Shown: positions 1 to 9,367, counted from the stretch's first letter. The stretch is DNA of 64,000 bases from an uncultured Holophagales bacterium (GCA_963842525.1 CAWJGT010000001.1:160001-224000); one strand, 5' to 3'. The notes: a model not told the origin generated them from the letters alone. Translations and numbers: made by a program.

Positions 1-1327
1 ATGTGCGCAGGGCACTCATCAAGACCGCTTGCGCCTGGGACCCCTCGGCCGTCCGATTTCCCCCAGATGTCTTGCGGTTGATGACCGCCGGGCGAATCCC
101 TTGTTCGGCCGGCCAATTGGTCGCCTCCACATCCGTGCGTTCCAGGAAGACAAACAGCTGCTCCTGGTGACGTATCAAATGCTGAGCCAGACGCTGGTTG
201 TCGGGGTTCGTGAACTGCCCCGACAGACGCCTTTCCATCTGGAGCTCCAAGTCCTGCTTGACCTTCTCCAGCGCCTCGCCGCTGAGCTTGCCCGCGTCCC
301 GCTGATCTCGCGCCTCCAAGGCGGCCTGCAGGATCTCTTTCACCGCCCGAGGAAAGCGCACCGCACCCCCTGTCGCCTTCTCCAGCAGCTCCTCGCAACG
401 GCGCAACAGATGCGCCAGACAGGTCTGATGAGTCGCTTCTTCAAATTTCTGATAGGGAGCCCAACCATCAGCCACCAGCACGCCGACAAAGCCCTCCCCC
501 AGGACCTCAGAGGCCTCGGCATAGCCACGACCCGGCTGGATGCTGTAGACCGTCTCGCTGCGATTGGTGAACACCCACAACCACACGCTATAGCCCCCCT
601 CCCGCCAGCCCGTCTCGTCCGGGTACACCACAGGAGAGCTCCGGATCTTCGCCTTCAGCTCCTCGTACAAGGGCTCCAGCTTCTTACTCATGCGAAGCAG
701 CGCGCGGCACAGGGCCGAGCGCGACACAGACAGTCCAGCCAGCTCCTTCAGCAACGCGGCGATCTTGCCGTAGCTCAAGCCTCCGACCTTGTTGAGCCAG
801 GCGGCGAGCCCCAACACGTTTGGACCGAGTTGCACGTTGCCGACCCGGAACGCCTGGGAAGTCTGGCGCGGGTGACGCCCCACAGCTTCCCGGCCACATG
901 CCGAGCACTTCCCATAATGGAGGATGAACTCCGTCGTCACCGGCCGAATCGGCGGCAGATCGGTCTGATACTGGCGAGCTTCGCCCTGCGGAATGACCTG
1001 ACCCCCACAGTGCTCACAATACAGCGGGCACTCCACCACGATGGTTTCGTCGACGTGATCGGGCACAGCTCGAGTCGCTTGCTGACCATATTGATCCCCG
1101 GCTTTGCGCCCTGGAGACTTGGGATCCTCGCTCGGATCTCCCTTCGAGAAGGGGGCAGCCTGGCGTTTGCCCCGGCGCCGTAGCTCCTCGACAAGTTTCT
1201 CCAGATCGACGATTCGGCGCTTCAGGTGCGCAATCTGGCGCTCCTGCTCCTCCACCCGCTGGCGAAGCTCACCGTTGTCTTGGCGAAGCTCAGAGTTCTC
1301 TTGAAGGAGTTCCTCGTAAGTCGGCAT
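1..1327 (-). CDS. IS66-family transposase (partial, 3' end outside window)
   Basis: Manual minus-strand translation from ATG 1327: coiled-coil N-terminus, CxxC…CxxC zinc finger, 'YPDETGWR..WLWVF', 'HQTCLAHLLR', 'ATNWPAEQGIRPAVINRKTSGGNRT'. Open to base 1, so it is missing from the ORF track. Confidence 0.9.
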   Translation of the reverse strand, partial: MPTYEELLQENSELRQDNGELRQRVEEQERQIAHLKRRIVDLEKLVEELRRRGKRQAAPFSKGDPSEDPKSPGRKAGDQYGQQATRAVPDHVDETIVVECPLYCEHCGGQVIPQGEARQYQTDLPPIRPVTTEFILHYGKCSACGREAVGRHPRQTSQAFRVGNVQLGPNVLGLAAWLNKVGGLSYGKIAALLKELAGLSVSRSALCRALLRMSKKLEPLYEELKAKIRSSPVVYPDETGWREGGYSVWLWVFTNRSETVYSIQPGRGYAEASEVLGEGFVGVLVADGWAPYQKFEEATHQTCLAHLLRRCEELLEKATGGAVRFPRAVKEILQAALEARDQRDAGKLSGEALEKVKQDLELQMERRLSGQFTNPDNQRLAQHLIRHQEQLFVFLERTDVEATNWPAEQGIRPAVINRKTSGGNRTAEGSQAQAVLMSALRT

Positions 1328-1421
1328 GCCTGAAAGACATTAGACCATGCCGAGAAGAGAACTTACCCTTGCGGACGTGCCACCGCTCGGGGAAGGCGGC
1401 ACTAGGGCGGTAAACAGATAC
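1..1421 (-). mobile_element. IS66-family element (single-ORF type), runs off the left edge of the window
   Basis: Transposase CDS below. The likely left end GTATCTGTTTAC (minus strand, 1421-1410) coincides with the point where the upstream ORF (…VVITGTLPE) stops looking like protein. Confidence 0.75.
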
Positions 1422-1617
1422 ATCTCAGGCAGAGTCCCCGTGATCACGACCCGGTCAAAGCAGGAAAGAACTCCCAAAATCTGGTCCGTATACCGTTCCG
1501 TCAACGCAACCATCAGCGTGCCCTCCAAAGATGCCGAAACACCTGCCTCGGCAACCCCAAGAGCATACCCTCTCTCTCTTTCCGCTACTTGTTTGGTTCC
1601 GGCTCGGCCGGGTTAGG
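1422..1617 (-). mobile_element. End and N-terminal coding stub of a second putative mobile element, interrupted by IS66
   Basis: Stub 'MVALTERYTDQILGVLSCFDRVVITGTLPE' is cut at the IS66 end. Terminal hairpin CTTGTTTGGTTCCGGCTCGGCCGGGTTAGG at 1588-1617. Family recalled from memory and not confirmed. Confidence 0.5.
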
Positions 1618-1846
1618 GCTACGTGCAGGAACGGAGATGGTTTCAATGCAAGCTGGCCTCAAGCGATCTTTGAACAGTGGCGAGCTAACAATAGGGAGGT
1701 GGCAAGAAGGCGAGTTATGGACACGACGGTACCGTGGCCTGATAACGATGCGGAAGCCTTGGTGGTGGATCGACTCATCGGACAGATTCAGACTGCGCGA
1801 ATGCGGACGAATGGCGGTACGTTGTCGTTGTCCGCCACAGGCACTA

Positions 1847-3014
1847 GTGTAGTGGGTCTGATATCCGGTAACCTGTGTTACCCTCTCCTGGTCTGCCGTA
1901 CCTCCAGGAGGAAAGAAGATGCGGGTTGCGGTTGAGGTAGTTCTCTCGGCAGAGGAGAGAGAAGAGTTGGAGAGACTGGCGGGAGGCCGGAAGGTCCCTG
2001 CGCGTGTTGTGGAGAGAGCGAGGATCGTCTTGCTCGCTGCCGAGGGCAAGCAGGACCGGGAAATCGCGAGACTCTGCGGTGTGGTGCGTCAGACGGTGAG
2101 TCGTTGGCGCCGTCGATTTGTCGAGAGGCGAATCGCCGGCCTTCTGAAGGACGCTCCGCGGCCTGGACGAAGGCGGCGGATCAGCGAGGAAGTGATTCGG
2201 GAGATCGTTCGCAAGACAACTCAAGAAACGCCTAAGGGCCGGACTCATTGGAGCACCCGCAGCCTGGCTAAGGTGATGGAGTTGAGCCCGAGCACGATAG
2301 GTCGAGTGTGGAGGAGTCACGGCTTGAAGCCGCATTTGTCTCGTACCTTCAAACTGAGCCGGGATCCGAAGTTTGTGGAGAAGTTGGACGATATCATTGG
2401 TCTCTATATGAATCCTCCCGAGCACGCTTTGGTGCTCTCTGTCGATGAGAAGAGCCAGATTCAGGCGCTCGACCGAACCCAGCCGGGGCTTCCGCTTGTC
2501 CGAGGTCGTGCTGGGACAATGACCCACGACTACAAGCGCCATGGGACGACAACTCTGTTCACGGCGCTCAATACGTTGGATGGGACGGTGATTGGAACCT
2601 GTATGCCCCAACATCGTCATCAAGAGTGGATCAAGTTCCTCCGTCTCATCGACCGCGAGACCCCGAAAGACAAGGACATTCACCTGATCGCTGATAACTA
2701 CGCGACTCACAAGCACGCCAAGGTCCGGGCCTGGTTGGAGAGCCATCCGCGGTTCACCGTTCATTTCACGCCAACCAGCGCCTCGTGGCTCAACATGGTC
2801 GAGCGCTTCTTCCGCGACATCACAGAGAATCGACTGCGCCGGGGAATCTTTCGCAGTGTGGGGGATCTGATTACCACCATTGACGAGTATCTGGTTCATC
2901 ACAACCAAGATCCCAAACCCTACATCTGGACGAAGTCCGCCAAAGATATCCTGGAGAAGGTCACCCGTGCCCAGAACGCACTACTTAAGAGCGCATCTGT
3001 GTGACCCACTACAC
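1847..3014 (+). mobile_element. IS630-family insertion sequence, complete
   Basis: Terminal inverted repeats GTGTAGTGGGTC…GACCCACTACAC, flanked by duplicated TA (1845-46, 3015-16) within a CTAG target. Confidence 0.92.
1919..3004 (+). CDS. IS630-family DDE transposase
   Basis: HTH N-terminus; motifs 'SVDEKSQIQALDR', 'THDYKRHGTTTLF', 'DNYATHK', 'TPTSASWLNMVERFF'. Confidence 0.95.
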   Translation: MRVAVEVVLSAEEREELERLAGGRKVPARVVERARIVLLAAEGKQDREIARLCGVVRQTVSRWRRRFVERRIAGLLKDAPRPGRRRRISEEVIREIVRKTTQETPKGRTHWSTRSLAKVMELSPSTIGRVWRSHGLKPHLSRTFKLSRDPKFVEKLDDIIGLYMNPPEHALVLSVDEKSQIQALDRTQPGLPLVRGRAGTMTHDYKRHGTTTLFTALNTLDGTVIGTCMPQHRHQEWIKFLRLIDRETPKDKDIHLIADNYATHKHAKVRAWLESHPRFTVHFTPTSASWLNMVERFFRDITENRLRRGIFRSVGDLITTIDEYLVHHNQDPKPYIWTKSAKDILEKVTRAQNALLKSASV

Positions 3015-3141
3015 TAGTATTTGTACTTATTGCCGCAGACTCATTCGGAGCTTCTGTAGGCACTACGGGCTCACCTGGAGTAACGATCCGCAGTAGTTCA
3101 CGGATTCTCCCCCTTTCCCTCCCGCCCGAGAGAAGGAGAAA

Positions 3142-3200
3142 TTCCCCTTGACACCTTAGGGGAACCCGCCGTACCATCTCCCCTGGACATCTTAGGGGAA
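3142..3200 (+). promoter_or_regulatory. Sigma70-like promoter overlapped by two palindromic operator-like boxes
   Basis: TTGACA 3148-3153 and TACCAT 3172-3177. Boxes TTCCCCT-N9-AGGGGAA (3142-3164) and CTCCCCT-N9-AGGGGAA (3178-3200). Confidence 0.65.
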
Positions 3201-3207
3201 CGAAACA

Positions 3208-3540
3208 ATGGCCAAACTGGATCTGCTGCAAGGAACCCTCGACGTTCTTATTTTAAAGGCGCTCTCGTGGGGGCCGCTCCATGGGTATGCGGTGGTGCGC
3301 TGGATCGGCCGGCAGACGGGCGATGTGCTCCGCATCGAGGAAGGCGCCCTCTATCCGGCGCTCCACCGGATGGAGGAGCGGGGGTGGATCGAGGCGGAAT
3401 GGGGAATCTCGGAGAACAACCGGCGGGCCAAGTTCTACCGCATGACCGACCTCGGCCGGCGCCAGCTCCATACTGAAGCCGAATCCTGGCAGCGCTACGC
3501 CGATGCGGTCGGCAGAGTCCTTCAGGCCGCCGCGGCCTGA
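3208..3540 (+). CDS. PadR-family transcriptional regulator (acidobacterial type)
   Basis: 'LLQGTLDVLILKAL..GPLHGY…EEGALYPALHRME…WGISENNRRAKFY'. Confidence 0.93.
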   Translation: MAKLDLLQGTLDVLILKALSWGPLHGYAVVRWIGRQTGDVLRIEEGALYPALHRMEERGWIEAEWGISENNRRAKFYRMTDLGRRQLHTEAESWQRYADAVGRVLQAAAA

Positions 3541-3554
3541 GAACGGAGACGATC

Positions 3555-6257
3555 ATGGCAATCTGGCGGCGCGCTTTCCGTCTCCACATCAAGGGCGGCA
3601 CGGTCGATCGGGACGTCGACGACGAGATCGCCTTCCATGTCGAAACACTGACCGAGGAGCTGGTCGAGGAAGGGATGGCCCCGCATACGGCGCGGGAGGA
3701 GGCCGTGCGGCGGTTCGGCGACCTGGCGCGAGTGCGCCGGGACTGCGTCGAGATCGGCCGGCGCCGGCAGAAGGCGAAGCGGCGCGTCGAGGTCTTCTCG
3801 GAGCTGAAACAGGACGCTGTCTTCGCCTTCCGGCAGCTTTGCCGGGCGCCCGGGCTCACCCTGGTCGCCGTCCTCACCCTGGCCCTGGGTATCGGCTCGA
3901 CGGCCGCGATCTTCAGCGTCCTTCATGCCGTGGTGCTGCGCCCGCTGCCGTTCCCGCACCCGGAGCGCATCGTCCATCTCTGGTCCCTGGAACGGGGCGA
4001 GGAGCGCTCTCTCTCGCCCGGCAACTTCTTCGCGTTCCGCAACGAGGCACAGTCGCTCGAGCACCTCTCGGCCTTGCAGAACGCGAGCTTCAACCTGACA
4101 GGAGACGGCCTGCCGGAACGCATCCTCGGCGCCCGCGTCTCGGCCGGCTACTTCGCGGCGTTCCAGGCACGGCCGGAGCTCGGCCGCGTCTTTTCCGAGG
4201 CGGAAGACCAGCCCGGCCGCGAGCAGGTCGTGGTGCTCTCCTCGCAGCTCTGGCATGACCGTTTCGGGGCAGACCCTCGCGTCGTCGGGCGCCCCATCCT
4301 TCTCAACGGGCTGCCCTATACGGTGGTTGGCGTCATGCCCGCCTCCTTCAGCCTGCGCGCGGACGGCCCGCAAGTGTGGGCGCCCATGGCCCTGGAGACC
4401 GAGAAGGCGACGGAATTCGGCCATAACTATCTGCAGGTGTTCGGCCGCCGGCGGCCCGGCATCTCCCTGCAGGAGGCCCAGAGCGAGGTCACGGCGCTCG
4501 CCCGGCGGCTGGAGGAGCGCGCTCCGGACGACAACCGGGGCAAAGGTGCGCTGCTCGAAGGTTTTGGAAACCGGCTCGTCGGCGGCTACCGCCAGCGGTT
4601 CCTTATCCTCCTGGGCGCGGTCGGGTGCGTCCTGCTGATCGCCTGCGTCAACGTGTCCAACCTGCTCCTCGCGCGCGGCGCGGCCCGGTCGCGGGAGATC
4701 GCGATCCGCGCCGCCCTCGGCGCCGGACGCGGGCGGATCGTCCGCCAGCTCTTCACCGAGAGCCTCGTGCTGGGCCTCGCCGGGGCCGCCGCGGGCCTGG
4801 CGCTGGCTTACGGAGGCGTGCGCTTCCTGGTGGCGATCAGCCCGCCGGGCGTGCCGCGCCTGGAGCAGGCGGCGATCGACGGCACGGTGCTGGCCTTCCT
4901 GCTCGCCGTATCACTCGCTGCGAGCCTGGCCGTCGGGTTGATGCCGGCGCTGCGGACCACGCGGCCCGACCTTCAGGGCATGCTCAAGGAAGGCGGCAGG
5001 AGCCTCGGCGGCTCACCGCGCGACCGTGTGCGCTCCACGCTCCTGGTGACCGAGGTGGCCCTCGCCCTGGTGCTCCTGGCCGGCGCGGGCCTGCTGATCC
5101 GTAGCGCCATCCGCCTCCAGCAGGTCGAGATGGGCTTCGACCCCGAGGGTGTCCTCACGGCGCAGATCTCGCTGCCGTCGAGCGACTATCCCGACAACAG
5201 CCGGATCGTCGCCACGGCCCTGAGGATCATCGAAGAAGTCGAGCACCTGCCGGGGGTCGAGTCGGCAGCGGCCGCCTCGATCCTTCCGTTCTCGCGCTGG
5301 AACACCTCCTCGACCTTGACGATCGAGGGCCACGTCACGCAGGACCGAAGCGAGCAGATCGACGGCAACACCCGGGTCGTCACCCCCGGTTACCTTCATA
5401 CGCTGGGGGTCCCGCGGCTGCGCGGGCGCGACTTTACACCGGCGGACCGCGAGGACGCTCCCGGCGTTGTCGCGATCAACGCCACCCTGGCCCGCATGGC
5501 CTGGCCGGGGGAGAACCCCATCGGCAAGCGCCTCGCCTACTCCGCCACGGACGACGAGCCCGACTGGCTGGAGGTCGTCGCGGTCGTAGGGGACTTCCGG
5601 CAGGGCCGGGTCGAGCGGGCGGTGCAGCCCGAGCTCTACCTCCCGTTGCCCCAGGCGGTCGGCTTCCTCCAGAACGGCAACGGCGCCTCCGTCGCAATTG
5701 TGGCCAAAGCATCGGCCCGAGCGCCGGCCAAACCCTGGGCGCGTCGAAGGAGCGACCCCTCCACCCTCGCGGAGCCGCTGCGCCGGGCCGTCCAGGCAGT
5801 CGATCCCCGGCTGCCGGTCTTCGACCTCAAGACCCTCAACGAGATCCGCGCCGCCTCGGTGGCCATAAACCGTTTCAACACGCTGCTGCTGACGGCGCTC
5901 GGGGTGATCGGCCTGGTGCTCGCGGCAGTGGGGATCTATGGAGTGATCGCCTACTTCGTCAGCCAGCGCACGTCAGAGATCGGCGTGCGGATGGCTCTCG
6001 GCGCCACCAAGGGACGGGTTCTGGTGATGGTCGTGCTGGAGGCCATGCGCCCGGTGGTGGTCGGCCTGGTCCTGGGCCTCGCCGGCGCCTTCGCCGCAAC
6101 CCGTGCGATGGCCAGCCTCCTCTTCGGCGTCACCGCGACCGACCCGGCGACCTTCGCAGGCGTGCTCGTGGTCCTGGCCGCCGCGGCGCTCCTGGCGAGC
6201 TGGCTGCCGGCCCGGCGGGCGGCCGAGGTGGACCCCACGCGGGCGCTGGCGCCTTAG
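3555..6257 (+). CDS. ADOP-type duplicated ABC permease (two MacB/FtsX modules)
   Basis: 'DDEIAFH' prefix, 'TLALGIG', 'LLIACVNVSNLLLAR', 'EIGVRMALGA'; directly follows PadR. Confidence 0.92.
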   Translation: MAIWRRAFRLHIKGGTVDRDVDDEIAFHVETLTEELVEEGMAPHTAREEAVRRFGDLARVRRDCVEIGRRRQKAKRRVEVFSELKQDAVFAFRQLCRAPGLTLVAVLTLALGIGSTAAIFSVLHAVVLRPLPFPHPERIVHLWSLERGEERSLSPGNFFAFRNEAQSLEHLSALQNASFNLTGDGLPERILGARVSAGYFAAFQARPELGRVFSEAEDQPGREQVVVLSSQLWHDRFGADPRVVGRPILLNGLPYTVVGVMPASFSLRADGPQVWAPMALETEKATEFGHNYLQVFGRRRPGISLQEAQSEVTALARRLEERAPDDNRGKGALLEGFGNRLVGGYRQRFLILLGAVGCVLLIACVNVSNLLLARGAARSREIAIRAALGAGRGRIVRQLFTESLVLGLAGAAAGLALAYGGVRFLVAISPPGVPRLEQAAIDGTVLAFLLAVSLAASLAVGLMPALRTTRPDLQGMLKEGGRSLGGSPRDRVRSTLLVTEVALALVLLAGAGLLIRSAIRLQQVEMGFDPEGVLTAQISLPSSDYPDNSRIVATALRIIEEVEHLPGVESAAAASILPFSRWNTSSTLTIEGHVTQDRSEQIDGNTRVVTPGYLHTLGVPRLRGRDFTPADREDAPGVVAINATLARMAWPGENPIGKRLAYSATDDEPDWLEVVAVVGDFRQGRVERAVQPELYLPLPQAVGFLQNGNGASVAIVAKASARAPAKPWARRRSDPSTLAEPLRRAVQAVDPRLPVFDLKTLNEIRAASVAINRFNTLLLTALGVIGLVLAAVGIYGVIAYFVSQRTSEIGVRMALGATKGRVLVMVVLEAMRPVVVGLVLGLAGAFAATRAMASLLFGVTATDPATFAGVLVVLAAAALLASWLPARRAAEVDPTRALAP

Positions 6258-6297
6258 CATCCCCAAGGGTTGGGCCATCATGGCCAAACCGCCTCCC

Positions 6298-6405
6298 GTA
6301 GGGGCAACCCTTGTGGTTGCCCTGCATCGCCTGCCCCTGCGGTGGGAAAATGCGCAGCGGCCGCCACGTGGCAAGACCGTGGGCAACCACAAGGGTTGCC
6401 CCTAC
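6298..6405. repeat. GTAG-type REP doublet (REPIN-like inverted repeat)
   Basis: GTAGGGGCAACCCTTGTGGTTGCCC…GGGCAACCACAAGGGTTGCCCCTAC, located between convergent genes. Confidence 0.8.
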
Positions 6406-6463
6406 AGGAGGGGATCGGATGCACCCCACCCCCTGCCAGGCATACCCGGGCAAAGGTGAGGGC

Positions 6464-7557
6464 TCACCCCCGATCTGCATGAAGCTGACGAGGTTGCCGT
6501 AGTTGCCCTGGGTGAGCATGTGCTCGGCCGGCTTCTCGGCCAGGACGCGCAGGATCTCGGCTTCGAGCGCCGCCTCCGGGTCGTCCGCGGCCAGGAGGTG
6601 GCGCAGGGGGTGGACCCGGTCGGCGAAGAGGCAGAGGCGCAGCTCGCCGCGGGCGGTCAGGCGCAGGCGGTTGCAGTCGGCGCAGAAGGTGTGGGAGAGC
6701 GGGGTGATGAAGCCCACGGTGCCCTGGGCCCCCGGCAGGCGGAAGGCCTTCGCCGGGCCGGTGCGTGGGCCCGCCTCGGCCTCGCTCACCGGTGTCAGGG
6801 CTCCGAAGCGCTCCTCGATCCGGGCGCGCACCTCGTCCGACGAGACGTATTCGGCCGCGTGCAGGTGCTCGGTGCTCGCCGTCGGCATCAGCTCGATGAA
6901 GCGGACGGCCAGCGGCCGGTCGAGGGTCAGGGCGACCAGCCGCTCGACGTCCTTCTGGTTGGTCCGCAGCAGCACGGTGTTGAGCTTGACCGGCTCCAGG
7001 CCGATGGCGAGGGCCGCCTCGACGCCGCGCCAGACCTGCTCCACGTCGCCCGTCCGGGTGATCTGCCGGAAGGTCTCGGGGTCCAGGCTGTCGAGGCTGA
7101 CGTTGACGCGGTCGACGCCGGCCTCCTGGAGCGCGGGCGCGAGGCGCTCGAGCTCGGTGCCGTTGGTCGACAGGGCCAGGTTCTCGATCCCGGGCAGCGC
7201 CTTGATGCGGCGGGCGATCTCCAGGATGTCCTTGCGCACCAGCGGCTCGCCGCCGGTGAGGCGGACGCGGCGGATGCCCAGGCGCGCCAGAGCGCCGACC
7301 AGGGTGCCGATCTCTTCCGCCGTGAGGAGGTCGCGGTCGCCGAAAGGAAACTCGGCGTCGGCCGGCAGGCAATAGGTGCAGCGCAGGTTGCAGCGGTCGG
7401 TCACCGACACCCGCAGGTAGGTCAGGCGCCGGCCGAACGAGTCGACGAGACGGCTGCCTCCGGCCTCTCCAGGAAAAATCCGGACAGGGATGGGCGGCGG
7501 CTTCTCGGGAAGGTCAGGAAGGATCGCGGCGGATCCGATCGTCACCAGGCGGTCCAT
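6464..7557 (-). CDS. moaA: GTP 3',8-cyclase MoaA (apparent 1-nt deletion at the stop codon)
   Basis: 'LRVSVTDRCNLRCTYC', 'RLTGGEPL', 'FCADCNRLR…C', and the usual C-terminal 'MQIGG'. A run of 5 G instead of 6 before TGA causes the read-through to 6130 seen in the ORF track. Confidence 0.93.
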
Positions 7558-7583
7558 GGTCTCCTCGGTTTCTCCTCATAGGA

Positions 7584-7710
7584 CCACCGAGCCGCACGGG
7601 TGAGCGGATCGGCCCGCCTTTCCAAGCACGGGAGGCGACCCGGTTTCCCGGGCCACCCTATCGGCCTGCCCTCCCGCCGTTGTCCGGGTAGGGTCGAGCA
7701 GGCTCGGTGG
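7584..7710 (-). ncRNA. Moco RNA motif (molybdenum cofactor riboswitch candidate)
   Basis: Minus strand reads CCACCGAGCC…CCCTA…TAGGGT GGCCCGGGAAACCGGGTC GCCTCCCGTGCTTGGAAAGG…GGCTCGGTGG. A 10-bp closing stem sits just upstream of the moaA RBS. Confidence 0.75.
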
Positions 7711-7788
7711 GCCTGGGCCTCATTCTACTCCAGGGGAGGCGGGAGGGCGAGACCCTCCCATGGCTCCATGCCTCCGGATCTCGCGGGC

Positions 7789-8097
7789 TCAGTCGCAGTC
7801 GCAGCCGCAGGTGTCGAGGTTGCAGGCGCAGTTCCAGCCGACGTGCCTCTGGCAGAACATCGGGTCCCAGTAGTAGCAGTAGCATTCGTTGGCGGTCTCG
7901 ATCTGGGGGCTGAAGATGTCGGCCAGTTGCACCGGCCGGGCAGCGTCCTGGCCTGGGGAGGCGGGGGTGGCGAGGGTCTGGTCGATCGAAGGCGTGTCCG
8001 CAGGGAGAGAGGGGGCCGCGCTCTCCGCGGCGGCCGGGATCGCGGCGAGCAGCCCGGCGAGGGCCATTCCGAGAACGTATGCCTGGATCTTTTTCAT
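7789..8097 (-). CDS. Secreted small protein with an 8-Cys C-terminal domain
   Basis: RBS GAGGAG; signal peptide MKKIQAYVLGMALAGLLAAIPAAA; Pro/Ala-rich linker; tail ECYCYYWDPMFCQRHVGWNCACNLDTCGCDCD. Confidence 0.75.
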   Translation of the reverse strand: MKKIQAYVLGMALAGLLAAIPAAAESAAPSLPADTPSIDQTLATPASPGQDAARPVQLADIFSPQIETANECYCYYWDPMFCQRHVGWNCACNLDTCGCDCD

Positions 8098-8277
8098 GCT
8101 CTCCTCTCCTTTCGCGAGGAGCCTCTCCGCAGCCATTGCGAGGAGGCGTGGTTGAGCAGACAAGGAATTCTAAGACAGCTCCGGAAGCGCTTCGCTTGAT
8201 TCCCGGGTACTCTCTTCTTAGAATCTCAGCGCCGATCCGACGTTTCCACGGGCGAGTCGTGCGCCGCGACGCCGCGA

Positions 8278-9081
8278 ATGATCACCGGGTACAACACAGA
8301 CGTCCGCCACAACGAGGTGGTCTTCCATGTCCAGACCGAGGACAAGGGACTGGCCAACCCGTTCATCGAGAGCCTGGTCTACGTCGGCGGCCAGGTGCTG
8401 GCGAGCAAGCGTGCGGGCTATGCCGAGCTTCTCGCCGAGGGCAAGGAGGAGAGGGACATCGTGGCGCTCATGGACCACCAGCACCGGACCATGATCGCGG
8501 CGATCCGGCACGGCAAGCTCGACGCCCGGTTGGCGGAGCTCTTCACCAAGAGCCAGACGGGCCCGCACCCGAGGACCTCCACGGGCGCGTCGACGGCCGT
8601 CCCCGAGCCGACGGAGGTCGTCAGGGCGCAGCCCGCGACGGCGGTCCGGCCTGCCACGCCGCCGCCTCCGGTGCTCCCCCCACCCCTCCAGCCACCGCGC
8701 CCGGCCCCGGTGCCGGCGTCCGCTCCGGCGCGGGAGCGCACGCTCGACCAGGTCATCCTGGAATACCTCACCAGCGAGGCCGACCAGGAGCAGCTCGTCC
8801 TGATGGTCGAGGGGGAGCCCGACCTGGGCCTCGGCCGCCAGGCGGCGATCACGCTGCGCACCAGCTCGAGCAAGAGCGGCGCGCCGGTGGTGGATGCCCA
8901 GGTCTCGGTGCGGATGATCTCGACCGTCACCGAGCCGCGCATCCTGGCCACCGGCCGGACCAATGATGACGGGCTCCTCCCTCTCGCCTTCGAGATCCCG
9001 CACCTGGGCCGCGGCACCGCCGCCCTGATCATCACCGCCAGCAGCCAGATCGGCCGGGCGGAATTGAAACACCTCCTGTAA
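8278..9081 (+). CDS. Conserved hypothetical protein
   Basis: GC3-biased ORF: 'MITGYNTDVRH..VFHVQTEDKG' N-domain, Pro-rich linker, beta-rich C-domain. Confidence 0.75.
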   Translation: MITGYNTDVRHNEVVFHVQTEDKGLANPFIESLVYVGGQVLASKRAGYAELLAEGKEERDIVALMDHQHRTMIAAIRHGKLDARLAELFTKSQTGPHPRTSTGASTAVPEPTEVVRAQPATAVRPATPPPPVLPPPLQPPRPAPVPASAPARERTLDQVILEYLTSEADQEQLVLMVEGEPDLGLGRQAAITLRTSSSKSGAPVVDAQVSVRMISTVTEPRILATGRTNDDGLLPLAFEIPHLGRGTAALIITASSQIGRAELKHLL

Positions 9082-9139
9082 CCGCCCTCCCCGACCGGGC
9101 AGGTCCCTCTTCCCGGCGCGTGTGATATAGCCTTGGGCG

Positions 9140-9367
9140 ATGGACGTTGAAATGGAACGGGCCGTCCTCGACATCTACCTCAACGGGGAGCCGCGCCGGC
9201 TGTCGCAGGGCGCCACCGTTCTCGACCTGCTCTCCGAGCTGGGACAGGACCCGCGGACCGTGGCCGTCGAGCGTAACGGCGACATCGTGCGGCGCGCCGA
9301 CTATGGTGTGACCGGGCTCGCGCCGGGCGACCGGCTCGAAATGGTCCACTTCGTTCAGGGCGGATAA
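9140..9367 (+). CDS. thiS: Sulfur carrier protein ThiS
   Basis: 'LNGE…VAVERNGDIV…GDRLEMVHFVQGG' with C-terminal GG. Confidence 0.9.
   Translation: MDVEMERAVLDIYLNGEPRRLSQGATVLDLLSELGQDPRTVAVERNGDIVRRADYGVTGLAPGDRLEMVHFVQGG

Larger units (their letters stand above)
1618..3096 (+). pseudogene. C-terminal fragment of a deaminase-fold (polymorphic-toxin-like) gene, split by IS630
   Basis: Removing IS630 and one TA rejoins the frame: …PWPDNDAEALVVDRL…GGTLSLSATGT/SICTYCRRLIRSFCRHYGLTWSNDPQ* (stop 3094-3096). Shows a [H/D]xE…CxxC pattern. Confidence 0.55.

Noticed and set aside
29-1183. 384-aa plus-strand ORF
   Set aside because: Antisense shadow of the IS66 transposase.
1844-2908. 354-aa minus-strand ORF
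   Set aside because: Antisense shadow of the IS630 transposase.
6130-6463. C-terminal extension of MoaA
   Set aside because: MoaA needs its terminal GG. The extension runs through a REP element and into the antisense of the ADOP gene, and one missing G explains it.
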